Shown here: one piece after another, positions 26,248 through 38,690 of the stretch | Position numbering within the stretch: position 1 is the first letter of the stretch | Layout of the letters: every line of letters begins with the position of its first letter | Origin: Spirogloea muscicola | Lineage: Eukaryota | Direction: 5' to 3' | DNA: 46,454 nucleotides | Assembly (NCBI GenBank): GCA_009602725.1 | Contig: WELB01000023.1 | Location: 1 to 46,454 of the forward strand | Notes under the pieces: model-generated | The model's input: only the letters and a program-made list of their open reading frames with translations | What the model was told of the DNA's origin: nothing | The model's database searches: none | Translations under genes and position numbers: made by a program

Positions 26248-27253
26248 TCATGTGCTGCGAACTCGTGGGCTCAGCATCTTTGACCACTGCCGCAGTAGCT
26301 GGTCAATGTCCCCGTTCATGCGTGTGCCGCGCCCTCCCCAGACCAACATGTGGCCTACGTCGTGCAACGAGCCGCCCTCCACCTCATGCACCACCTTGAA
26401 GCCCAGCCGTCGGTAGTACCTCACCAGCTGTTGCGCATCGGAGCAGGGGGTCCCACATTGGCATGTCAGACAGGCCTTCAAGTACATGGCCAACGCCTTC
26501 CGTAGCGAGCAGCCCTGAAAGGTGCAGCTGCTGTTATGGGATGCAAGGCAGCTCATCGGATGCCTCCAAATCTGGCTGGTGGGGGCAGCGGGGGCGAGTG
26601 CGGGGAGGCCTGACCTTGGCGTGGTACTCGTCGGTGTCGTGGATGGCGAGCAGCTCGGCAGTCCGACAGCCGCGCTCGCGGCCATGGCACAGCGCCAGGC
26701 CGCCCATGAGGGCCGCGACGCCCAGCAAGCGCCTGGCGCTGGACGACGAGTAGGACCGCGTCATGCGCACGCTGTCGAGGTGCAGCAGCCAGCCGCGCGT
26801 CCAGAGCCTCACCACGCCGCGGGCCTCTCCCAGTACGGCGCCGCCGGGCGCGGCCTCGGCAGCCGTGATTGCGAAGAAGGGCCCCGTGGTGCGCAGGCCG
26901 AGGCTCACGCCGCGCTCGAGCGCCGCCGCAGCGACGTCGGCCGCCGTTGGCAGCCGCAGCTGCGCCGGCGCTGCCGCTGTGGCAGGCTCGTCGGAAAATG
27001 CAGACTCGGCCTGTTGGTGCCGCCCGAGCGCCTCCACGGCGGCCCAATTCTGCGGAGCTCGCCGAAGGCGGAGGGGGCGAGCCAGCGCGCCAGCTCCATG
27101 GCCGAAGCAGCCCGCCGGCGGCGGTTGCCATGGGGGCCGGCTGGCGCCGCAGCCGGAGCAGCCGCCAGCCTCCTTGGCGTTCAAGCGCCAGCTCGTGGCC
27201 GTGGTGAGCCCCAGCTCCGCTGGCGGCAGCGGCGGCGGCAGCCGCAGGGGCAT
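26248..27253 (-). CDS. GNAT/acyl-CoA N-acyltransferase-like protein (plant At2g04845-type), 2 exons
   Basis: LGLRTTGPFFAITA...LGEARGVVRLW...LLHLDSVRM...GCRTAELLAIHDTDEYHAK | LVRYYRRLGFKVVHEV...HMLVWGGRGTRMNGDIDQLLRQWS; the N-terminal extension looks like a transit peptide. Confidence 0.85.
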
Positions 27254-27593
27254 GGCCGCCCCCTCCCTCCCTCTCCGCAAAGGCACGGCACGGCGGCAGT
27301 TCTGCCGCAGCACCCGGCAGCTAGCACGCGCAGACGGCGGCAATATGAAGGCCGGTCGTCGTACTCGCAAGGCGCAGCACAGTCACGACTCCAGAGCCAA
27401 GTAGAAAGCAGCTCGAGTTGGTCTGCGCGGAGCCAGAAGAGTGTGGCTGCTGGAAAAGATTGTGCTGCGTCTGGTACGTGAAGAAGACGCTGACAGTAGA
27501 GGGTGGTGGCCGTGAGAGGCCCAACATGNGGCCCGGCGAGGGCTCCCCGCGGCGGCGGCGGCCTTCGCTGCGCGGGAGAGAAGCTCGGGGGCC

Positions 27594-29941
27594 ATGGCGA
27601 TCGAGGGCCAGGCGGCGGGGCTGGCGCCGCTGCCCCCTGACGACCTTGCTCCGGGTACGTCGCCCGGACCCATGCTTTGCGATGGCGCTCTGGAGCTGAC
27701 CCGCCGATGGTCTCGAGCTGCCATGCTGACAGCGCGAGGTTGGCGCTGGCGACGGCGGCCTGAGGTGCAGCTCTGATCGCCATTTCCCAATTGTGAGATG
27801 GTCACAACTCGTGCTGCTCCTCTGATGGCAGGTGCTGGTGACGAGCCGCTGTTGGCGGCAGTGCCGGCCGCGGCGGCTGCGCTGGGGGGCCACGAGGACC
27901 GCTACAGCGGGATCATCGTCGACCCCGCCACGCTGCCCGCCGACGCGGCGCTCTTCCCTGGCCAGCTCGCCGCCGCGCTGGCCTTATGGGCCTCCCAGGT
28001 GCCCCCATTGCGACGCACAGACTGTGCATCAAGTACCACTCTCACATGGCATGAAGCTGAAGCTCCAAATTCTGCTCAACTCTTGGGTTCGTGTGGCCTG
28101 GTGTACGACTTGGGTCCACGTTTGCGAAGCTGGTCCCTGCCCTGGTTGATGATTGCCGCTTGGCATCCGCGTCGGTGTGCGCAGGGCAAGAGGGGCATCT
28201 GGCTCAAGCTGCCGATCCAGAGGGCCAACCTCATCCTGCCCGCCGTGGAGGTATGGCTCCGCCCCTGAGTGAGCTGCGCTGGGTCACTCTGACTGGCTGG
28301 CTCGCGCTCAACTCCGGCTCAAGGAAGGAGTTCACCGCTACAGGGTCGTCGCTGATGCTGGGCGGGCTCTGTGGCAGGCAGGCTTTATCTTCCATCATGC
28401 TGAGGCCGACTATGTGATGTTGACGCGCTGGCTGCCGCCATCTCCATCCACGCTGCCCCCCAATGCCTCCCACCAAGTTGGCATTGGCGCTTTTGTCATG
28501 AACGATGCCAGAGAGGTGCCCACCGTGCTGAGTGCTGCTCTTCTTAGTACACAGGCATCCAGTACATGTCATTGTTTTTTTTAAGCTGGATGCATTGCTG
28601 AACGGTCTGTTAACAGATGGGCTTCCGCACTTGCTGCCTGACAAGCCAATCATCAGGCCTCTGAACCCTTGATCTTTAGAAGTCGTTGGCAATGCCATGA
28701 CACTAAATTCCTAGCCCTTGTTCATGGTGTTGCAGGTGCTTGCAGTCCAGGAGCGCAATGGACCTCTCCGAGGCTCTGGTGTCTGGAAGATGCCGACAGG
28801 TCTTGTCAATCAGGTGCAGCTGCTGTGTGCTCTGCTATGCCTCCTCTGCATGCTTTGCTGTGTCTGGATGAAAGCACTGCTGCCTTTGTAGAAAAGTTGC
28901 GCAGGTCTTATTCTTAGAAAGTAAAATAAGTGAAGCATATCTTCTTCTTCTTGTTAGCCTTCACTTATGCTTCTGGGTTGCCCTTGCAGAGTTGCCAATG
29001 CTTTCGCTCATAAAGCTTAGGCAAACTTATAAGTGTTAAAAGCAGGTGATAATTTGCGTTTTCCAACTTGTGCAGGACGAGGACATAAGTGCAGCAGCGG
29101 TTAGGGAGGTCAAGGAGGAGACTGGAGTGAGTGCGCTGTCCCGCCTCTTCTTCCACCTTCGCCAGGGCATGCAGAAGTCGTGGGCGTTGTCTGCCTCTGG
29201 GTTTTCATGCCAAGAGCAAGACCAGATGCAGACAATGATGTAGGTGTCATCCTCAAGTGACTCCCCTTTATCACAGAGGGTATCTACAGTGTATTAGTGC
29301 TGACACACAGGACTAATGGATGCCGCAGATCGACGCACAGTTCCTGGAGCTGACCTGCTTCAGGTTCTTTCATTGCCTCATCTCCTCATGGGCTCATACT
29401 TGCAGCTGATTGCCCCATCAGAGAGAGTACAAACTCGGTGTCTGCAGTCCCCCCTCACCTCCTTCATTGCACTTTACAGGCAAGTGCATCAGGTTGCCTT
29501 TGGGAAGTCCGACCTATTTTTCGTCTGCATCCTGCGCCCTCTATCAAGCGAGATCACTAAGCAGGAGTCTGAAATTGAAGACTCGAAGGTAAGTAGTGGC
29601 AGCTATACACCTCTGATGTGCGGCACAGATATACTCTCACTCCCTATCTCATGTTTCCCAAGTTCTGCGTGCCACTAAGCCTTAAGCGGCAGTCAGTTCC
29701 TGCTCTCCTTTGCCTACCTAGCAAAATGACGTCTGTTCCTGTATTCCAGTGGATTCCACTGGCAGAATTTGCAGCTCAGCCTTTCTACCAAAGGAGTGAG
29801 ATGCTGAAGAAGATGCTGGAACTGTGCATCGCAAGTGCCGAAGGCATGTACAAGGGGTTTGTTGTGGACAAGGTGGAGTCGGGCTTTAGCAGGGCACCTC
29901 AGGCCATGTACTGGGGCCGATACCCTTGGTCAAGAGTCTGA
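27594..29941 (+). CDS. Nudix hydrolase of the NUDT6/AtNUDT2-8 (FGFTNE) type, multi-exon; may start further upstream
   Basis: EDRYSGIIVD; GKRGIWLKLP; GFIFHHAEADYVMLTRWLP..LPPNASHQVGIGAFVMN; VLAVQE...WKMPTGLVNQ DEDISAAAVREVKEETG (Nudix box); AFGKSDLFFVCILRPLS; WIPLAEFAAQPF. Confidence 0.92.
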
Positions 29942-30354
29942 CTGCTTTGGTATAGTCTAGCAAAATTTGCTCTGAATGTAGTAGAATTGGGTTATCTTCT
30001 GTCCATTGATTGTCTTTGCATTAGCATCATGCTAAGCGCCTGGTGCTTCTGTAAGAGTAGAAGTAGCATATAGCATATATTTGCAAGCCTAACGATTCCA
30101 CACGCTACTGTATAGTCTCCGTAATGACTCATGAAGGTTAAGGTAACAGCCTTCACTAGAGCTCTGATTTCTTGTACACAAGGACAAGCGACCAACAGTG
30201 GCGCATTGCCAGCATTCTTTGTAGCTTGTCCAACAATACGAACTCAACCGCTTGAGTGAGAACTATATTTAGTGATTACAGAATTCACAATGAAAGTGAA
30301 GCAGTAATCAGGATCTAATAGAAGGTTAGAGGATGTCATCACAGTCCTGAGATG

Positions 30355-32230
30355 TCATGTTTGAGCATGCAGATCTGGAGATCCATATCGCTGTTCAAAG
30401 AGTGCCCTGAGCTTCTTGGGCTTCTGGTAGCCACCGTGCTCAGCCTCCACAGACGGCCAGTATGCCATGGATGAGTCATGCGGCGACCGTGGAACTATAT
30501 GTATGTGCAAGTGACTTGGAATTGAAGCTCCTGAATGAGGCCCTATATTGATGCCGACACTGTAGCTGTCAGCTCCAGTAGCCTCCATTGCCACCTGCAA
30601 GCTCAATCGCGTGGCAAGCATCGGCAGTGAGATAATGATGAAACACTGCACTGAGGTTCTGGGAGAGTAGCCAGCTCCAGGATAGTTACGTGGGCTTCTA
30701 TCGCCGACACGCACATGTCTATGTCTAGCGGATTCAGCGGCCCCGCATGGAATGCAAACAAATCCTTGTCAAAATTGTGAAGCCCCTTACCTGGCCAGCT
30801 TCCGAGACCAATGCAAAGAGGCCAAGAACTTCTTCATCCGAGCACAGCTCCAAGTTTGCGACATGGCGATTGGGGATGACCATCACGTGGCCAAACTTGT
30901 AGGGCTTCACGCTGAAGAGCACCCTCCCATGCTCGTTCGACCTCAGAGCGTCGTGTTCACGGCACAGGGGGCACTGGTCTTGTGACGGGTGCGTGTCAGC
31001 AAAGTCGGGTTCAAAGACGAGCTGGTGTCCCGCTGCTTGGCCTAGGCCGCCGCTCGGCACTGCGCCGACATCATTACTCGACTTCTGGAGGCCTTCCAAT
31101 CTTGCAATCTCGGCTGAGAAAGCTGGCCTTTGGCATCGAGAAGGAAAAGCTTGTCAGGTCACCAGTCAGCGTATGTAAGCAAGCCTTCGACTTAAGCCTT
31201 TCTTGCAGAGTGCATTGTGCACTCTGGAAGTCAATATTGCAACACGCAGGTTGATGAAGCTGAAAGAACATCACAAGGCCTCACCTTGCCGGACGGGCAT
31301 ATCCTTGAGGTGAAGTATAGATGCGCGAGTCGACCACCACATGAAGTTCGTGTCGTCGGGGTTACGGGGCACGACGTGGACGTGCAAATGACCGAGGCCC
31401 TCCAGCCCCAGATGGTCGCAGCCATGAGGCCCAAAATTGAAGCCAATGTTGCAGCTAGCCTGCGCCCCCAACGGGCCTCATTAAGCATGCTGGGCTGCCT
31501 GCTTTATGGGCTGTCTTACGGTCGCTGCAGCCCCTACCAAGCGAGCCATACAGCGAGGCCCTGGAGAAATGCGGCACTAAGTTACGAGTATCGGCAACCT
31601 TGGCAGCTCTGTGGCAGACACCCACCACACCTACCGCGAGCAGCTGCATCCTTCACAATCCTGGGCTTTGCATAGCGAGCTGTGGACCCAAGGACCGGTG
31701 GTTGAGGCGGAGGAGGAGCCACATGAGCAGCCTGCGGTTCGGAGTCACACCTTGGGCCCGATGTTCGCCGTCGACCAGGAGCTGGCGGTGAACCAGGCGG
31801 CGTAGCTCGCGCGGGCGGCCAGGCAGACTGCTCTGTTGCCAAGCGACCGGCGTAAGCTCGCAATGCACGACCTCGCGCTCCCGGACGACAGCCGACGGCC
31901 AGTTGTCCAGACCCAGGATCTCATCACTGAGTCCCGGTAGCGAGCCGCTGGGCTGGCACTGTCGTCGTCGAGCCGTCGCAGGCGTCGTCGACAACGCCGG
32001 GGAAGATGGCGAGCGTGCCGAATCCATGGTGGGTTTGTGCTGAGGCAAATAGCTCAATGGCAGGTACGAGCGCTGCACCTGACGAGGTCCAGGAGCTCGT
32101 CCGGGTGCAGGTCGCTGACGGCCGCGGCGTGGCGGCGCGGCGCCACCATGACGTGCCCGACCTTGGCCGCCGCGCCGCGCGAGCCGGCGCCCCAGATCAC
32201 CGTCGACAGCGGCGTGCGGTGCGCGACCAG
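30355..32230 (-). CDS. Protein with two tandem HIT (histidine triad) domains, FHIT/Ap4A-phosphorylase-like; 5' end interrupted by an N join
   Basis: Domain 1: GHVMVAPRRHAAAVSDLHPDELLDL...NIGFNFGPHG...HLHVHVVPRNPDDTNFM. Domain 2: CPLC...KPYKFGHVMVIPNRHVANLELCSDEE...SYSVGINIGPHSGASIPSHLHIHIVPR. The phase-compatible splice Q G|GTGAG...CCAG|CT joins the domains. Confidence 0.82.
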
Positions 32231-32249
32231 NAGCGGGAGGAGCGGCGGG

Positions 32250-32531
32250 CAGGGCCGCGCGCCGCGGCGCCGATCGCGGCGCGGGTCGCGGGGAGGAGGG
32301 CTTCCCCCGAGTGCCCACATAGCTTGCTTCATCTGGGCTCGCCGATCACAGCAAGTGCCCTCGATGAGAAAAGCGGCTGGCCTTGGCCTGACCTTGGGCA
32401 AGGAAGGATCTTCCAGGAGAGGGCGATTGCTGTGATCGGCCAGCCCAGATGAAGCAAGCTATGTGGGCACTCGGGGGAAGCCCTCCTCCCCGCGACCCGC
32501 GCCGTGATCGGCGCCGCGGAGCGCGGCCCTG
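32250..32531. repeat. Long near-perfect inverted repeat (arms 32250-32362 and 32419-32531, 56-bp spacer)
   Basis: The 113-bp arms are reverse complements with about 5 differences, e.g. GTGCCCACATAGCTTGCTTCATCTGGGC versus GCCCAGATGAAGCAAGCTATGTGGGCAC. Confidence 0.95.
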
Positions 32532-32789
32532 ATCAAGTCACTTAATTATGGTCATCATGGCCGAGCTTGGCACCCGGTTAGGTGGCAGTGTGCTCGTCGC
32601 TAGCCAACAATGTGGAACGGCAGTTGAACGCTGCCACAGCGCCACAGCGTGCCTCCACGTGCTCTCTTCTTTGCTTGGCTTGGAATAGAGCATTGACAAC
32701 TACAACTCTACCAAGGACTGGATCAGAAGCAAACGCACGACCTGCAGACTTGTATCCTAATCTTTCTTCTAGAATAAGCTCACTCCAGT

Positions 32790-33085
32790 CAGCTGCCATC
32801 TACATTCACGGGGCTTTTGGCGCTCGGTGGCTTGAGCTTCTTCACCAGCTCTTGCGCAGCGCTGTATCCCGCCGGTACCTCGGGGATCAGGCTGAATTCA
32901 ATGCAGCGGGCTCTCTCTCGCAGGTGTAATGCATGCGCCTGTCAATCTTGCTGCAGCGGTCCATGGCATGCGCGCTGCAGCTGCGTGCCGGTCGCGCATT
33001 GGCTGCAGCCTCAGGCCCTGGCCAGGGGACCCATTACCCTGAGACTAGTTTCTCCGACCTGCGCCTGCTCAACAGGGCTTACTGA
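32790..33085 (+). mobile_element. Degenerate CRE-like RLE C-terminal fragment
   Basis: AIYIHGAFGARWLELLHQLLRSAVSRRYLGDQAEFNAAGSLSQV*CMRLSILLQRSMACALQLRAGRALAAASGPGQGTHYPETSFSDLRLLNRAY*, clearly homologous to the 349-985 copy. Confidence 0.8.
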
Positions 33086-33262
33086 GTGTTTCGTGGCTCC
33101 TTGATACCCTGTGTGCTGGTCATTGTTACTGCAGATTTGCTGAAAGCTGGACTCTTACTTCTCAGTAGCATAGAAAAAAAGAATTGACGAATAAAGAATG
33201 ACTGTCTGGCTGACAAGTTTGGACACATTGAAAATATGGCAATCACGTAGACCTGAACGCAA

Positions 33263-36200
33263 TCACCCTTTATCCTGGAAAAACTGGTGCAGCAAGCGGG
33301 GGACGTCACCAAAGCCTCTCGTGCAGCAAATTAATTGCTCCCTTATCCAGCCGGGAAGCTTGGTGAGAGGTCCACCTTGGCTACTGAGATTGTAGCGTGT
33401 GTCCAGCAGAATTATGGCTGCGTAATCTCCAACATGGCGGATAGCGCGACCTGCAACACAGAGTCTCATCGAGCAAAAGAGGCACATAAGACAGTGCACT
33501 TATTTGGGTCCTCAAAGAGTCGCTACTGAGGCCCTGTTGATGACCAGCCAAACGATGAATACAAACTGACCTAAGTTGCTCAGGTGGCACTTACCAACAG
33601 ACTGATTGACTGCCTTCATGCAAAGGTTTTCATAGTATGCTTGTCCTCGTTGTCCGCACCTCCGAAGGATGTTCACCTGGGCAGCCTGCAACAGCAAGCA
33701 AGGTCTCTTGCGCTATCACTGACAGGATACCTTCACTGTGAGCTTTGACAATGCTTGACAGATTATTGTGCAGGTCAAGTAAAGGACAAACAGTCTGGAA
33801 GGAAGACAGTACCCCCTTTGCAGTGTTGTGAGCATTCTCTGTGATCGGTCGTTGATCCAAGTAGTGCATCCGCTCAAGGAGCTCCGGATCTGAGGGGCTT
33901 GGATAGGGAAGACCAACCATGACCACGCATCTGCCCATGCCATCGCTGAAGTTGATACCTTCGGACATCTTGCCTCCAACAACACATAGTAGCAGAGCAC
34001 CGCCTGATCTCCTTCCCCTCTGCTGTCTTGGATTCCCAGGACGTCCTTGGCTTAACCTCTCTTCTCCAATGGGTGCACTACCTGCCCGCTCCAGGCATGC
34101 CCCCGCCTTGCAAGAGGCAGCATCCTGTGAGCTTAGCTGTCCACTTTGTCGATGTTGGAGTGTATTTATGCAGTCACGGTACTGCTGGAGCACTTTGTCC
34201 ACATCAGTGGAGCAACGTGGTTCTCGGAAGACCGTTTTCTTCTCCTCAATCCTTTTCATCATGCCGGAAGCATGCCATGTATCATGCACTTCGCTTTCGT
34301 AGGCGAAGGAAGGAAAAAAGCACACCACTCCATCAGGAACTAGTGTACATATGTTGCACATTATTCGTCCCAGCTCCTCAATCTGTCCATTTAAATCATG
34401 GCCTTCAATGTAAGCAGGGCTAGTGAGCTTCCTACAAAGTATGGTAAGGCAAGCAGAGCACATTGAAGTTGGCTCCGCAAGGACTTGCATATCACTCAAT
34501 GTGACGGTCGAGGAGAAACAGACATGAAGCATCAGTCTCAGCTCACAGCCTGCTGCATAAGAAGACTCCCCATTAAAGTCACAAGAATCAGAGTACTCGA
34601 GCTACAAGGCCTTACAGCACTCTGCAAGCGCAACGAGTGCCTCATAAACGAAGACAACGGAGACCATACCATGGTCTGAGAAGAGCGCAACTTGAAGCTG
34701 AAATTCAACTCCTTTCCAGTGGGGCCCTTAGGAATGGCCAATGGAAGGATGCTACTTGCAGGTACAATATGACCACAGGAATAGACCTGCAAATGCTTGT
34801 GATCAATGCTCGGAAATAATCCATCTCGAAGATCCTGAATCGGCTGTAGTGTACCACCTGCAAGTATGACTGCTCGTGCACTCTGCACAATCTGCAGGCC
34901 GGAACCAACAATCTATCAGCGTTGATTGTGCTCTGGAGCTCATGAATCAGCCATCTGCGCTCATTCTATTTTAAAACCTTGGAGCTTTTGCATTAAGCAG
35001 GCATAGAGTAGCTCACTTCTTCAAAGTGCTTTGCAGCATTGAGCATGACAAACTTGTAGTAGGGATCCTCTGTCTCAGGACCTGCTGCTTGGCATAGCAC
35101 CCGGCCGTCTGAATCTGCATTGACTAGAGCGATAAGAAAGTCTGCAAATGCTCGAAAAGCACTCATTGAGGTGCTTTTACTTTCATAAGAAACCTCGCCG
35201 ATCTGGAGGTGCTGAGGCTGCTGTTGCTGCCCATATGTGCTCACCTGCAAGAAACACTAGCGCTGTATGACGCACCCACAGTTGCAAAGCATCAACAAGC
35301 AGTGCTGTTGCTCGTGTTGCCCTTTGGCTTTCTCACTACATATTTCATATTTTGTAAGGAAGTCCATGAAGCACGTCAGACAGGGGTTGTGCTTCTCTAC
35401 ATGTCAGCGTTAAACTTTGGTCAAAAGACAAACTCAGCTACATTGTTGGCGAGCTGTTGGAGCGAGCATGACAAAAAGCCAAACCTTGTGTACAATATTG
35501 CTGTCCTTGATGTATCGTTCCAGCTTAAACAAGTTCAAATTGTCAAGGCCGCATAGAAATGTGAAGTCATTGATAGTCATTATCCTAGTTGCTGTTTGTG
35601 TCATGGTGCAAGCTCCTCCTTCTGCGAGTAATCTACGCAGACACTAAAGTCATTGTCGACTTCAAAGTAGATCAGAAGCACTCAAATTGCAATGGCGAGC
35701 TTGCGGCATCTGTAATTTCACCAGGTTTTGGTATCAGGCAGGATCCAGGGATCTGGAGAGCTCACCGCTACTCAGACATTTCAATAGGGTTGTCAAAATT
35801 TGTAGCAACAGCTGGATGTATCTCCGATTTGATGAAGCGAGGCGATCCTTATACCTGTCCAGGTATGCTCCCAGCTGAAGTTGCACGCTCATAATCTGCA
35901 GAACATGTCTCTATACATCATGCCCTATATGATGCTCCATAGACGATGATAGTCATTATGTAAGGTATTACTAAGATGATCTCACAATATTAAACATATT
36001 GTCAATGGCAGAGTCGATGTGGGCTCAAATAGTGGGCCACACATCTGCATGGCTCTGAGCAGGATTTGGAATCAGAAGTAACGACTGCACCTGCAACTTA
36101 GAGAGTCGGCAGCTGTAGATGCTTGCAACTGTGTCCACCAGATTATGGGCTTCATCAATGACAACTATGGAACCTTGTACATGCACATCAAGTGCTTCCC

Positions 36201-38154
36201 GTGTCTGCTTGTGCAGCAACGCCTGTTGGGCACCAAAGAGCAGTTGTGTGCCCGGCTATTGTGAGAGCCCCTCACAGGAGCTGACGATGCTGATGATCCC
36301 CTGTCAATGTTCACATGTTACAAGATGTTGGTTTCAATGTCCTCCAAGCATAGGAATGCACAATTGCTAATGTCTGGAGGCTAGACAAGCCTCACCTGAT
36401 ATGGCAGGACGACAAGGTCTGCCATAGGGACGAGTTGCCTGCTGGCATAATAAGGGCAGCTCTCTAACTGCCTTCCAACTTTGACAAGTTCCTCAATATC
36501 CAACGGTGGCGCCTCCAGAAGATACTTCTTGAATTTGCGTTGACCCTTCTGTGAGAGGAATGGGCAGCCCTTCTTGGCCTTGCTAGCCTTCAATCCCTCC
36601 CTGTCCCCCTGCGGAGCAGACACGAAGTCAGGCAATGCACCGTCTCACAGGCTTGCCAGTCTCACACTATTTAAATACTTGATTGCTGCGAGCAAGTTAA
36701 GCTCCCAATAACTGCAAATTTCAGGTAGGAGCAATGTCCAACTTCACAGGTGCAGAGCAATCAGGGTCAGCTTTCAGACTTTGCCTTTGAGAGCCCCGAT
36801 GCTACAGTCCAGCTGTAGGTAAAAGGTCTACCTTCTTCTTGACGTCCTTCTGCTTCTGCAGCTCCAAGCAGCGTTCGTTGACATGGGCTGCACTTCCTGA
36901 CAATCTCACAGCTGCAATAACACTGCAGGAGTAAGTGGCCCTCAGAGCAATGAAGCACCGTACGGAGATTGTTAGATTCGGAAAAAAGTTACATGTACTA
37001 TTCCTTTCGCAAAGCGTGCACATTCCAGTGCTTCATCATGTGGATCCAGGTTCATCTTACCTTACCTTCGTTTATGCACAAGCTCTTGCGGGAGCCCAGT
37101 GCCACGGTCTGTAAGGACTCTGCAAATAAGGTTTTCCTGAGTTCCCCGACAAATTGTGAGAGCTGTGAATGGGTCCTGCTGCAGAAGAAGACCTTCAGTT
37201 GCTTCACACCTTCCTTGCTCTCCTTGTTGCTTTCGTCCTCACTGCTGCTTGCAGAGTCCACCATGCGGAGACGCTCCCTACTTCTCTTCTTCGAAGCTGC
37301 CAGCCAATTGCACTCAGCCATCCAGTCACGTTTGAGGCTTCTGGGTGAATTGTCTTGTAGCAGCTGCTTTCACGGCCTTGGATAATGTCAGAAGTCGCAT
37401 TCCTAGGCAACTTGCAGACTATCTTGCATGTACGAGCTTGAACAGAAAAGACACGATGTACCTTCGGAATCGCTGTCCCAGTCGTCAAGAAGAAGCTCAT
37501 CCTCATGTATGCCTTGTTCCCCATGTACGTTGGCTTCCAGATTGGGCAAGGCAGCCTCAACGACCATTTCAAGACCTCTTCGAGCAGCAGCCTTCTTCGC
37601 CTTTATCTTGTTCTTGCGCTGGAGAGAACAAGGCTTCAAATAATTGATCTTCGAAGGCACGTCCCGCAACCAATCTGGTTCCAGTGTCACGACCTCTCCA
37701 GTTGTGACCAAGTCTTTTGCTGCCTCGCTTGCTGAGCTCTGCTGTTGCTGATCAAGGAGCCACTGCAATGTGCTGCATATGAGGCTCAGCGTCTTCCCTG
37801 TACCTGCATAATGTCAGATAACAGTCTCATATCAGCTAAAGGGTAATTGATTCCAATAGCAAGAGCTCCAGGCGTCATGCCCAAATCCAGCGATTCCTGG
37901 CTTCCGGAACAGAGGCGTAATGCGTCTTGGCTAAGTCATCCGAAGCTTGTACAACGACCAGCGGGCCGGCAGGAGAGCAAATGGTGCACACCGGTGGGAC
38001 TCTCCACGATACCCACGCCGCCGCGGTCCAGGCAATCATAGACGGCTTGCATGAAGCCCTTCTGGATGTCATAAGGGGGAAATGGGAAGGCGCCGAACAT
38101 GGCATCATGGTGGCTTGCATTATCAGTAGCGCCCTTGACGCACTCGCCACTCAT
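33263..38154 (-). CDS. DDX11: ATP-dependent Fe-S DNA helicase DDX11/ChlR1 (CHL1), multi-exon
   Basis: [13 protein letters not shown] (Q motif); [58 protein letters not shown] (Fe-S cysteines); [70 protein letters not shown]. Start is GCCACCATG at 38154. Confidence 0.95.
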
Positions 38155-38690
38155 GGTGGCACGCTCGACGTCCAAGCTTTCCTACACGGCCCTCAGTGCC
38201 GCGTGGCATCCGCCGGTCCGCGACGCTGGCCAGGGCCACGGCTCTCGCCGGCCCCGACGGCAGCCGGCCTCCGGCCACGCCGCCGGCGCCGGAGCGANAA
38301 CCTGGCCTCTGAAACCATAGACCCCCCTGAAACCCTTACGCCAGAGCCCGCAGTGGCGCCCGCCGCCGCGCTCGCTTCCCATTCCGAGGCCCTCCTCCGC
38401 TCGTCTGCTCTGTGGTTCCTGCTCCTTACTAGCTGCCGCCGGCTGGACTCGGCGCGGTAGCAGTCCCACGAGGCGGCGACTGAGTCGCCACGTTGTGGCG
38501 AGCGCCGGGCCTGAGGAGCGGGGCCGCGCTCGCGACAGGACCTGCTCCGACTGAGACGGCTGAGACGAGCCTTTCTCGCCGGCCATGATCGTCAGACTTG
38601 CCGCGTCCCAATTGGCTCGTTGTTGGTAGCTCGTGAGCTCCAGGGGCTCATCCGAGAGTAGCCGCCTCGGCCGGCGGCAGTCCCGGCGCG

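Noticed and set aside
26522..27481. Long antisense or alternative-frame ORFs over GC-rich first exons (also around 16471-17137 and 45100-46381)
   Set aside because: These are shadow ORFs caused by stop-codon scarcity in GC-rich coding DNA.
32582..32790. ARPADLYP peptide as the RLE PD motif
   Set aside because: Spacing to the downstream IHGAFG motif is far too short and the intervening motifs are missing, so it may be chance. I start the element at ~32790.
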